This document shows, one piece after another, positions 13,738 through 24,716 of a stretch of DNA of 64,000 bases. Where the stretch lies: positions 1,612,001-1,676,000 of the forward strand of contig JBLDXI010000017.1 of the NCBI GenBank assembly GCA_047495785.1, in the 5' to 3' direction. Both the position numbers and the translations under genes were made by a program. Source of the DNA: Lepidodermella squamata. Its lineage: Eukaryota > Animalia > Gastrotricha. Position 1 is the stretch's first letter; the number at the start of each line of letters is the position of its first letter. The notes beneath the pieces are model-generated. The model searched no databases, was not told the DNA's origin, and was given only the letters and a program-made list of their open reading frames with translations.

Positions 13738-15396
13738 ATGGCTATTAAGAGAGTGATATTTTCTTTAATGTGGATATCGTTTGGCTGCATTCGCCTGTCC
13801 CTGTGCAGGCGGCCTTGGAATGCTCAAACCGCTGGTAGTACGGTGAAATCCCACGCATCCCTTATTCATCCGTACAACGCCCGCCGCGAACGCGAACAAT
13901 CCTATCTCAGCCATCAAGCCAAAGATATAAGTGGTCTTCCTTACACTGATCAAGAAGCTGTCGAGTCTTACCTTGGTACATAAATCAATGAGCACTTGCG
14001 TTCTATGACGACCCTTATTTCACAGATTCGATCGAAGATTATGCTATCAGGAAGAAGAATACGACGCCGCAAGACATTCCTGAGGAAAGCATGCTCAAAT
14101 CCTTCTTAATTTTTAACGACATCTACGACAAGACAAGTCGGCCTGTTCTTGACGACCTTTCTGTTGTGAGTGTCAAAGTCGGCATTTCTCTCTACCACAT
14201 TTTGGACATCGATAAAAAGCAACAGCTGATGTCCTGCGTAATCGGAGTTCGAATGTCCTGGTACGACGAGTATCTGAAATGGAACACGAGAGAGTACAGC
14301 AATATCACAAAAATCCTTCTACCGTCAAGCGTTGTTTGGTTGCCGACAGATGTAGCGATTTATAACAACGCTGAAATCCAGCTCATCCATCCTGAAACGA
14401 ATGTAATTGTTTCTAATACAGGATTTGTCCTATGGATGTTTCCAAGCCTGGTTCGATCGATCTGCCTATTAGACTTCAGTTGGTTTCCGGTATTACTGAA
14501 CTTCAGCAGAAAATCCCTGTGAAATTGTTGAAACTGTTTAGTTCGATGAGCAAACCTGTGACATCATTTTATCGCCTCTGAGCTTCGATGTGAACAAGCT
14601 AAATTTAACGACATGCCATGGTTGCAACGTCAGTTATTACGACGAGCAGGGACAGGAGTGGGCCGTTAGTTCGAATCCTTGCAACTTTTACCATCTATAT
14701 TGTTGCTTTTAGCTGTCATCCATCGAGCCATCGAGGCTCGAAGTGCTCGAGTCTTTTCATCCAAACAGAGTCGTATCCCGAATTTACTTTCGCTTTACCC
14801 TGAAACGCAAGCCTCTATTTTACCTATACACTTCAATTTTTCCCTGCCTACTCATCTACGGTGTTACCCTCCTTAGTTTCATGGTACCAGGTAAATTCGC
14901 TTAACAGTTTATACCTATTGTTCTAATTCGGCAATTTGCAGTTGAGAATCGCGGAGGAAAAATCGAGTTGCCTCTCACTTGCCTGTTATCTGTGGTTGTA
15001 CTAATGATGACACTTGCGGATACTTTGGCAGCTACAGACAAAATTCCATTGATATCAAAACTCTACGCTCTCACCATGACTCAATGCTGCCTGAGTTTAG
15101 TTTTCAGTGTTACCGTCACAACTCTGGCACAAATGGGGTCCAAGTATGCAATTCCGAAGAGCCTACTATTACTGACGTATCCGTTAAAAGTTATCCAAGG
15201 AGACAGATTAAGGCGAGAGGCCCAGAAACTGGAACAACTGGAAACAATCAATTTACAGCCAAACCTTCATCATCGATATGAACATGTTGCATCACGGCAA
15301 GATTGGGAGAGATTAGCCGGTCGGCTGAATTTGATTTTTATGATGCTTTTTTTAGTACTAACTGTCGTTGGCTATTTTCTCTGCGTACCTTATTGA
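13738..15396 (+). CDS. Cys-loop ligand-gated ion channel, divergent non-alpha nAChR-like subunit; introns 13976-14025, 14490-14541, 14665-14712, 14891-14941
   Basis: Signal peptide, 'YDKTSRPV', 'WYDEYLKWN', Cys-loop 'CLLDFSWFP|FDEQTC', pre-M1 'LKRKPLFY' and four TM segments after splicing. An alternative in-frame ATG lies at 13705. Confidence 0.9.
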
Positions 15397-15920
15397 GAAA
15401 GCTATATTTAGTTGGTGCGGTACTTGAAGCATTTTCGAAAGCGTTTTATCCATCGCTTAATAAAATCATTCAGGTAAAACTGTATATAAAGTTGCATGAA
15501 GGCGATGAAGAAAGGATCTAGTTAGTTTCATCTCGCGGATAATACACTGTGTGATTAAATGAAGCGTGAGTTAGACATAAGAAAAAAGCGGAAGTAATAT
15601 CTTAGCCGCCGCTCAGAGGATCATAAGAACAATTTCTCGATCGATACATCCTATATTCGAAATTGAGCCGAGATCCCCTTGCGCTCTATTGTTCTCACTT
15701 ATGGTGAATCATAAGACACTGGTTGTCTCAAAATAAGGAGGTGAAAGTCGCCATTTCAACTTTTTGTATTTCATTGACGCGCTGTCCACTCGATAAGTCA
15801 GAAAACAACCTGTGGCGACAAGCAACAATTTTATTGCGCACGAATATCTTGAGGCATTCTTATAATTAGCGCATTTCGATGAGGTAGACTCTTCATCACA
15901 AAACCTGTATAGTGACGGTC

Positions 15921-17179
15921 ATGATTGGTGCTTACGACGGCATACCTACGAGTGAGTACGACGCGAGCAGTTCATGTCCGGGGCTATCATTGCTGTCTTT
16001 CGATGCCTTACCCGAAAATACCTCACATCTGACCAATTGCAAAGGAGATCGTGCTCAACTTCGCGGGGATTTGTTTGAACGGCATTTCTTTTCAGACTGC
16101 AGCCTTTACATCGACGCGGTTATCATTGCTACACTCGGCCTTGGATGCCTCTGCTGCAACATTATAGCCTTCAAACAGCTGGGGATGAACAAAAACTTAA
16201 ACTTGAGGTACTGCGCTTTGGTCAAGTCCACAGCTGTCCTAAACATCTTAATAACCGCTGTGATAGTCGGCAGAAGTTTCACTAGGTATGGCTCAGTTAT
16301 ATGCTAAACGCTTTGCACAACATAAATTGAACTTTACAGGCCTATAACGTTTTATCCTTTCGGCATTGTTGGATGCATTACTTTCATCAACGTTTGTCCA
16401 GCAGTCAAGACATTCGCCTATTTAATCCATGCTATAATATCATACGAACGCCGCCGAGCCGTTCTTTTAACACAGACAGTGCATCGAAGCAAAACCGAAA
16501 CTGGAGCGAAAAGTGTCACTATCCCGATCGCGGTCTCCGTTTTCCTGACGACGACGGTGTGGTGTTACATAAGCGTGACATTCATTGACATACAATCGAT
16601 ATGCTTCGGTAGCTCAACTGCGCCTGTTGATGTTTGCGTGATCTCCACGTCGAGATTGCCCCGACGGCAGTCATTCGGCATCCTCTGGTTATTCATGCTA
16701 ACTTTCATTATGCCACTTGTATTCGCAATTCTCAACTACTCGTAAGGAAATTAAATTGTTTAACAATTTAATATTTAAGGCTTTAAAATAGGGCTGTTTG
16801 GCGTTCCTATGCAAAATTCAAACATTTGATAAAGGATTCCGTGATTGGCCTTTACCTGTTCGTGCCTCCCGTCAAGTCAACGATTCTTGACATCTGCCGC
16901 AAGAAAAAGGCGCTGCAAATGCGATTCCGGATGAAACAAGAATTGGTTCTATCAGTCATCGCCGGCTTATCGACCATTCAATTCATCTTATGTTCGATAC
17001 CGTTGCAAGTTGTGTTTTCCCTGGCTCTGTACAGCGCCGTCACCCTTCAACCAGCTTCACTCAATACTGTGAAGTTCATCTCAGACTGTGTCCTTCTAAT
17101 TGACGGCGCAACAAATCCGCTATGGGTAACCTTGTTAGCAAACCGTCTAATTAAAAAGCCACCTCACTTCATTATGTGA
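15921..17179 (+). CDS. Class A GPCR, member 10 (most diverged N-terminus); introns 16286-16339 and 16742-16791
   Basis: Spliced: FYPFGIVGC...ISYERRR, MPLVFAILNY, CSIPLQ, TNPLW. Same two intron positions as members 6-8. Confidence 0.82.
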
Positions 17180-17535
17180 CGATAAATTAGGCGAATAAAC
17201 GCTGAGAAGCGAGTAAACATAGGGACAAGGAAATGAAACGCAAAGCTCGATAAATTTACCTTTCGTTGTTGAAGCAAACATTGGCTCACTTTACACCGGT
17301 ACAGCCGCACTTTGCGGATAACAAAATATTTGATTGATACTTACATGCAGGAAGCTTTTTCGGCGTGCAGTTGTATCGGAAGTGGGAGGAGTGAAAAGCG
17401 CCTTGAGGTCTATCTCTAATTCTTGACTGGAGCCTGGATGCGCGTGAAATGCGCAGCGATAATCGTGCGAGACGCATTAATACAGCGATTTTCAGTCTTA
17501 AAATGTTGACCGTCTGAACAACGCTACGTTCAAAC

Positions 17536-18984
17536 ATGCTTAGCTGTGCTAAAGACGCTGGCTACAACACATCATGGCTGTGCATGTCGATACCATCCCG
17601 TGGCTGGCCGAATTCACAACAGTGGTTTCTCTATCTTCAGCAATTCAATCGGGATGTCGCAGCTTTTGGATATGTTGAATCATCAATCATCATTCTGCTA
17701 TGCGTCGCAAGCTACGCAACCAACGCTTTTTCAATCGTGAGATTTTACCGACGCCAAGTTACTGCCGAGTTTTTCTACCTACTGACGACGTTGTGCATCT
17801 GCAACACAGTACTCACGTCCCTTGGTCTCATGCTTGGCGTCACACGGTTCAGCGGTAGCTGGCATTTCGGCAGTATCGGTTGCGGGGCTTACTTTGGCGG
17901 AAGCTTAGCGGTCATCACGCTGACGATATGGATTCTGGCCCTGGTCAGTGTTGAACGGAGACAGGCGTTGACTAAAAATCGCAAAAACCTGGCTGATATG
18001 TACCAACTCACCCAGGGTCGAGTCACGACGATACTAGGAGTTCTGATCATCACAATCGTTGGGCTATGGGGTTATATCTATGCCTGGCTTCAATCTGCGG
18101 TTGCTATAGAAGCTAACGTACCTGGTTACGAAGAACCAATGACAGTCTGCTCGATATTCCCCCAACGATTGCCGCAGAACGTCTACCTCCACACCCCGCT
18201 AATCTTAACTGCGGCTAGTTTGATCCCGTTCGGAATCACTCTTGCAAACTACACGTAAGTTGGCAGAATTCATTTAGCAGGTTGAATTTGCCCTTTTTGC
18301 AGGAGTATTTTGATGGCGATTCGGAGAATGTCGCAAAGGATGGCCAACTATGAGCAAAAGGCCTCGGAGTATGAAGCTAAAAGGGCATCGGAATGCGGTC
18401 GAAGGGCGATGCTGACATTTGACCGCAACGTATTGCTCTTAGCATCGCGATCAATACATTCAGTGCGAAAACGCCAACGCGAATTGCTGCTCGCGAAGCT
18501 AATGGCTGGTTCGCTTCTTGTCTTTGTAATCTCGCACCTGCCGTTCTTCATCATCATGTTCTACGTGAATACGCCACGCGCCGGAAATGCCGGCTTCGAA
18601 TCGTCGTACTTCACATGGAGCGTCGCGTTGCTCTACGCCAACGCCGCTGCTAATCCTTTCCTTTTCTATTGCTTCGAACCGGACTGGTGGCACCCACGCG
18701 CCAGCATCAAAGTGTTGATTGCGTCCTGGAACCGTCCATTGCCGCGCCTCGACGAGTGTAGGGCCCCGTCCTTCGCCCTCACTGAAGCTGGGTCAGTTAC
18801 AGGCTTCGATCTTAACCAACTGGTTATGAGCGAATCGCCCGTTTTGGCGCGCAAAAACTCGTCACGATCTTGCGAACGTGTACTACGCGTTTCGACGTTT
18901 TCCGATAATGCACCAAATCCAACTGTATTTTACCAATCGCCCCGATCACAAAAGAGCGTTATCAAACGACAAAGTCTAGTTTAA
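17536..18984 (+). CDS. Class A GPCR, member 11; intron 18255-18302; long C-tail ending -QSLV
   Basis: YNTSWLC...FLYLQQFNR, WHFG-x2-GC, SVERR, FVISHLPFF, ANAAANPFLFY. Confidence 0.9.
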
Positions 18985-19065
18985 ATTTTATTCACAACAA
19001 TAATATTATAACAATTAAGGTGATAATACATGTCGTAGTCTAGTTCGTGAAAAAATATTATAAGT

Positions 19066-22000
19066 CTATTGTGATCTTTTCCTAGCTTCAATGATCATGT
19101 CGTAGAAGTTAGCTGCCAAGGTTTCAGTATTGAAAAACTGCCGGCCATCTTTAGCCTGATTGCTGAGAGTTGACGCGCGGCATGCAACTTTGAATGAGCG
19201 TCGGCTTGCCGGGTCACTGGTCACGCTTGAAACCATACGGCCACATGATATCGTGTCTAGGTAGAATTGGTGATTGTTCGCGGCCACGTTGCCAAGTGCG
19301 AAAACTTCGTCGTTCGCAGCGTCGGATGTTGAAGATTCGTCTGAGGTGAATGCCCAGAGAATTTGGAGTGGGCGATTGGCTGGACATGTCACAACATTAC
19401 AGGTGAACATGCAGCCACGAGCTGATACATTAACTGAAAAGAAATTTGGTTTAATTTGAAGTATGAGGCCTTTTATGGTCAACCTTTGATTGACAAAATT
19501 ATCGGCCCGTAGTGAAAGCTGAAGTTCATATAAGCTCGTCCCTGGTGATGCCCGGGAATTGCTGAGGCCACTGGGTTCACTGAAGTGGAGCAGATTCCGG
19601 CTTCGGCTAGTTGCCGTTTCGAAAAAGCGTACTTGTACAGCTTTTTATTACCTTGCTCCAAGCTAAAAGATAAATCAATGAAAATCACCCTAAATTGGAC
19701 AAAATGTCTACCTGGTTGTATTTCTGGAGAAGATTCCAGAATGCTGAACATCCCATTCAGGGACAACAAATGAAAATGTAGGTAATGGCGCAATTATCTG
19801 AGCCATCGTTGAAATATTGAAAAATTCGCCGCAATCGACCGAAAACGTGATGGACGCATTTTCTGATTTACTCAAATCTACCGGACCGAGTGGCGCGAAC
19901 GAATCAACTGTCGATCCATACTCATCGTAGGACGTCGAGAGGTGGCTCGCGTTCTCCGAAATTTTTTGCCCGTCCAGAATTAGAGTGGCCCCTGTTATCC
20001 GAGGATTCCCAACATTCAACTCGGCAACTGGATCATCTTCTGCTAACATCAATCGATCAATTATATGGATCACCCCATTAGCGCATCCTATATTGCTGAA
20101 GAGAATCTTTCGGGAGAAAAAAACATTGTAGAGGGGTAAGCCGAAAAAAAGTTGGCATACCTTGTAACTCTCATCTCCATTCAAAAGTTGGTAATTGTTC
20201 CGACCATTTTCTACAACGGCTATTTCTTTGTTAAATTCCTCACGATTGCCTAGAAGTTCGTTGATCGCCGATAAATTGCTCGGTCTAATGAAACCAGCGT
20301 CGTAAGTCATAACCGCCGGCGTTTGGCCTTCCCTTTCCATGACAACAGGTACATCCGTGTAGAAAATATGCCGATCCCAAACTCGCTGCATGGCCATACG
20401 ATTTCGTAAGAGGGCGTTCGCGCCTTTCTTCGTGCGAAGGCCTGGCCAAGAACTTTCGATAGGAACAAACATGATCCACCATTTTTTGACCGATTTGACC
20501 CCATTCGCGGATTTGGTCGAAGTTCCTGAGACACCCTGGTCTGAGAAACCCAACTGCCGTAGAGAGGCCGCAGTTGAACTAAAGAAATTTGTTCAATATC
20601 TTGAAATTTGAGGAAAAGTGATTCCTTACTTCAAATTAGATCCAAAGGAGTTGATGGTGTCAAAAACTCCCCGGTTTGGCCGGCCAACGAAAGAGTCGAT
20701 ATAATGAACAATGTCATTCGCAGCGGCTATATCGCTGTAGCCACGGATTATTTTCGCCATGCTAAAACCGTCACTTATAAATAAATCTGATGAAAACACA
20801 AAAATAATGGTTTTTGAACTTTTCGATTAAATCTGTACCCACCGTTATGAATTTTAACGATATTCAGCCTCGTTCCGGATAAAGTTGTCAGGAAAGAAGC
20901 GAACGGCAGCACCATCTCGTCGACTGAAACGAGCTGTTTAAGGTTGCTAGTCGCAAATTGGCCGCGAACTACGAGCCCTTTCAGTAAGGATTCGATCTTG
21001 TCAACGTTTTCACTTCGAAAACGAGCAACATCGCCGACAGCCGAGTCGATCGGCGCGAAAACCGTGTATCTCGTCGTAGTTATAAGTTGCTCGCGAACTG
21101 CGGCGGCCGATGAGATCAGGGACGCGAATTTAGACAGATTTTCAAGTTTCCCCAGCGCTGTCGCCAAGTCGTCATTCGGTGGGGTCAAAACGGAGTCAAT
21201 GAGATGAACAACGCCATTGGATAGAGTGATATCGGCCTGGTTAAGCCTAATTCGAGCGCCGTTGTAGGTGACAAAGTTCGAATCACTGTTCGTATCTTGA
21301 ACACCCTGAACTACAGAATATTCCATTGGGTATAGCGTGCCTGGTTTCATTTTTCCGGTAAAATAAGCTGCGCTGAAGCTAAAATGAGCTAACAAGGTCT
21401 GCAAGAAATGAAATTTAAAATAAAATTGATTTTTTTCTAAGTTTTACCTTTCTTGCATCTGCTGGACTGGACTTGATTTTATCAAACAACCCTGGCTCCA
21501 TTTTGGCGAAAGCTTCATCAGTCGGCAAAAACGCAGTGCCGAGGCGTAGCTCTTTCAATGTCGACAAAATTGTTGCATCACTTGCAGCAACAGCATCGAC
21601 CAGATCATTGAACATCGACAGGCTTTGTGAAAAATTGAGATAATTTTAATTTTAATTATTTTTCTCAAAATTTACCTATTTTCGGTAGATTGTAAGAACC
21701 CGTAGAGAGTTTGAGGTTTTCCAAGTGGTAGCAAAACTCGATTTAAGGCGTAAACATAGCAAGCCGATGAATTTGTAAAACTGTCAACAACCCGAGCTCC
21801 ATTCACGTAGTGCGCAGTCTTAAATAATTACAAAAAATATAATTGAATTTTTTAATAATTGAAAATATACCGTCTCGTATTGCTCGGTCGGATCTGATTC
21901 CGCAGCCTGGCTTGCGAACACTGGAACGCTGAGTAGAGTTTGATCGATATCTCGCCAATAAAAGTCGGCCAGTTCGATCCGATTCGACAAGTCGATGCCA

Positions 22001-22347
22001 CCTCCATCTGCAAAGAATAATTATTCATATTTCATATTATTATCGGAAATTCTAATTCGAAACTTACAAATGTGGTATTTGATGGTATCAGACAGGCTGA
22101 GCTGTTCTTCTTGCCCTTCGCCGATCGCGTTGACATATGCCTCGTTAGTGTAGGCAAAAATTGTGTATTTAAACTCGCTGAGCTGCAACTTCCGTTGAAC
22201 CGACGGCGCTGATAGGGTTATGCGACTAACGAATTGCCGGATGCTGGGTATTGTCGACATGAAGTCCCAACATGAGGCATTATTTTCGACCCCATTTACC
22301 GTAGCGAGGGCGTATAACAACAGCCCCAACGTCGGAAAGCTAAACAT
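19066..22347 (-). CDS. Secreted multi-fasciclin (FAS1) domain protein with a long C-terminal extension; about 10 exons
   Basis: Signal peptide, repeated FAS1 H1/H2 motifs (YTIFAYTNEAY, AFLPTDEAF, NGVVHLIDSVL, YTVFAPIDSA, NGVIHIIDRLM). The short GT-AG introns I checked link the ORF pieces in frame down to the stop at 19066. Confidence 0.82.
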
Positions 22348-23005
22348 CGCCTAAAAATATAGTTAAAATGCACTGAATTTTTCAACAATTTTAAGGTGGA
22401 CACAATTCGCTCTTTTCTTTGTGCTTTACGCGAACTTTCCCACGGCTCGTTTACGCTATATATGCGCAGAAATGTTCTATTTATTTTATAGCCAAAAATG
22501 ATGTTATATTTTTCTCCCTTATATTTAATATGTTTGGCACAAATTCTTTTCGTGGCAATAAATTATCTCTTTTTCAACGTCTTGAGCCTGAATTTTTGTC
22601 ACATTATTTTTATATTATTTGCAGTCGAGCCGAGAGACACTTGTATAGCTGAGTCGCATTATCAAATTACGCAAGATGTATAATATAGCCAAACAACAAC
22701 AAAAAGTGTCGGCTATTTTGTAAATAACAGCAAACAAACAAGTCGCATCCTTATGCTCAAATCGTCTAACGAGGCGTAACTCGCCTGTTTTTGTTTTTCA
22801 CCAAATCGATATTGTCGCCGCTTATATTTCGAAATCTTAGGATATAGATTATCGAAAATTGAGTTTGTTGTCGCGCTGTGAAAAAGCTGCCGTTGGCGCA
22901 TAACATGTGCTGCGTCGTGCACATGTGTCGCCATGCATCAAGTTTACACTTGAAATAAGCTCAAACTTTTGATGGTACCATAACCAGAAATAATTTTCCG
23001 CCGCT

Positions 23006-24391
23006 ATGAAATTTCTTCTTAATTCTATTATCAGGCACAATAGCTTGAAAAACATAGCAATCTGCTTAATTGTTTGCTTGTTGTTTACCCTGTATTATTA
23101 TGGCGTCGAAAAAATCTCGTCCGATAGCGGCAACCGCGTGAATTTATCGACGACACCCGCTGATGATGGGTACGAGTCTCATAAATCGGCGGCTTTGAAG
23201 CGGAAAAAAGCTTTCGATTGCCTTGATGGCAACGCATTATTATCATCCAGCAAACAAAACCGACGCCGGCAAATCAGTAATTCCGCTTTAATAGACCCTA
23301 TCGTTTTAGACGATTTCAAGCACTGGTTGCGGTACCGATATTTCACCGCTGTTCGGGAGAGTTATGGCGATAAGTGTAATGCAAGTTTTCTGACCTATGG
23401 AGCTTGTTCCTACAACTCGGCTAGCCACCACTGCCTCGGATGGGGCGACCGTCTTCGAGGCATTGTTGCCGCCTTCTACCTTGCCGCTGTTTCCAGGCGT
23501 ATTTTCTACATCGAACCCGCGCATCGAATCGCGAAAATGTTCGAAATAAATCACGAGCTCTACGCAGTTCCGAAGCCGTTTTTCGAACTTGAACATGAAA
23601 ATGAGGCCGAGTTCAATTTTATAGACTCGCCTAAAGAGATGCAAAAATTTTTGGGCGACGCGAATTTTATGGAAAATTACCGGAATGAGCGGCATCTAGT
23701 GATAAGCGCCAACCCGAATTACGGAATTTTATTCGAAAATTCGAGTATGTTCGATAATCCAGATTTTTCTGATCAAATCGACGAATATTTTTGGACGTTC
23801 CCTCAGGCTGAAAAGCTGAGTCGTAAACTGATTGAATCCGCGGCGATTCGGCTGATTTTCGGCCGAGCTAAAGCGCCACTTTATCGCGCTTTTGAAGCTA
23901 TTTTGAATGCGACAGTCGGCTTGCAAACGTGGCTATCGGCTTCGCGGAAAATCGGCGTTCATATTAAGCTGGATCGGCGGCGGGAGAAATTGACTAGAAG
24001 CTATTTGGCTCGGTGCTTCTCTCAAGAAATCCGACGACTGATACTGATGGATAATGCAACAACTATTGTCTACCTGTCTACTCGCGATTTATCTCTGGCG
24101 TCAATCGTGCGGTCGAATTTGTCAGATCTTAAGGTGGATATTATCAGCCTAGCAGACTGGCTTCATATCAGACGAAATTCTTCAGCGGATCAAGCAGAAC
24201 GCTTCGATGTGAGTTCTTATCTGGATTGGTACTTACTATCGCTTATGGATCGAATTATTGCTAGTGATAGCGGGTTGGCGCATAGCGCGGCGCTGAAAGC
24301 CGCAGTTCCGACTCGAATATTCAATCATGCTCACCAAGACTTTCAAGCTAAAACTTGTTTCTTCCATGATTTTTTAATTGTTCAAAGGTAG
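23006..24391 (+). CDS. Intronless type II membrane fucosyltransferase-like protein (FUT8/NodZ/GT37-type GT-B fold)
   Basis: N-terminal TM anchor; motifs GWGDRLRG, IGVHIK, VYLST, DWYLLS..DRIIASDSG. Confidence 0.72.
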   Translation: MKFLLNSIIRHNSLKNIAICLIVCLLFTLYYYGVEKISSDSGNRVNLSTTPADDGYESHKSAALKRKKAFDCLDGNALLSSSKQNRRRQISNSALIDPIVLDDFKHWLRYRYFTAVRESYGDKCNASFLTYGACSYNSASHHCLGWGDRLRGIVAAFYLAAVSRRIFYIEPAHRIAKMFEINHELYAVPKPFFELEHENEAEFNFIDSPKEMQKFLGDANFMENYRNERHLVISANPNYGILFENSSMFDNPDFSDQIDEYFWTFPQAEKLSRKLIESAAIRLIFGRAKAPLYRAFEAILNATVGLQTWLSASRKIGVHIKLDRRREKLTRSYLARCFSQEIRRLILMDNATTIVYLSTRDLSLASIVRSNLSDLKVDIISLADWLHIRRNSSADQAERFDVSSYLDWYLLSLMDRIIASDSGLAHSAALKAAVPTRIFNHAHQDFQAKTCFFHDFLIVQR

Positions 24392-24716
24392 AAATAAAAA
24401 ATGCGAATTCTGTCAAAATTTGAAATTAATCTCAACCCCGAAAATTATTTAAAAAAATGGCGAAAAAAACGTTACTCAGTTTTATTTCATCATAAAATCA
24501 CTTGATCACATCTCCGATATAAAAAATCAAGTGTAATCGTCATTGATGCGAGAAAGAGCGCGGACAAATACATTAATAGCAGCATCTTCGTCAGAAAAAA
24601 ACGATGATCAATAAAATTGTTGCTAAATTGCTAAGCTGCTTGAAACAGCCATAAATTAAAAAAAATCGAAACACAATAAAGAGTTTTGAAAGAACTACTA
24701 ATGTCAATGTGGCAAA

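Noticed and set aside
14665-14712. In-frame 'YHLYCC' resembling the alpha-subunit loop C vicinal cysteines
   Set aside because: It lies in a 48-nt GT-AG intron ending in an in-frame TAG. TGTTGC is part of the pyrimidine tract, and the spliced form already has the right loop length.
1-18984. GPCRs as opsins
   Set aside because: No Lys at position 7.43 in any member.
1-18984. GPCRs as frameshifted pseudogenes or products of an alternative genetic code
   Set aside because: Every break in the ORF track is resolved by a 48-62 nt GT-AG intron at a homologous position.
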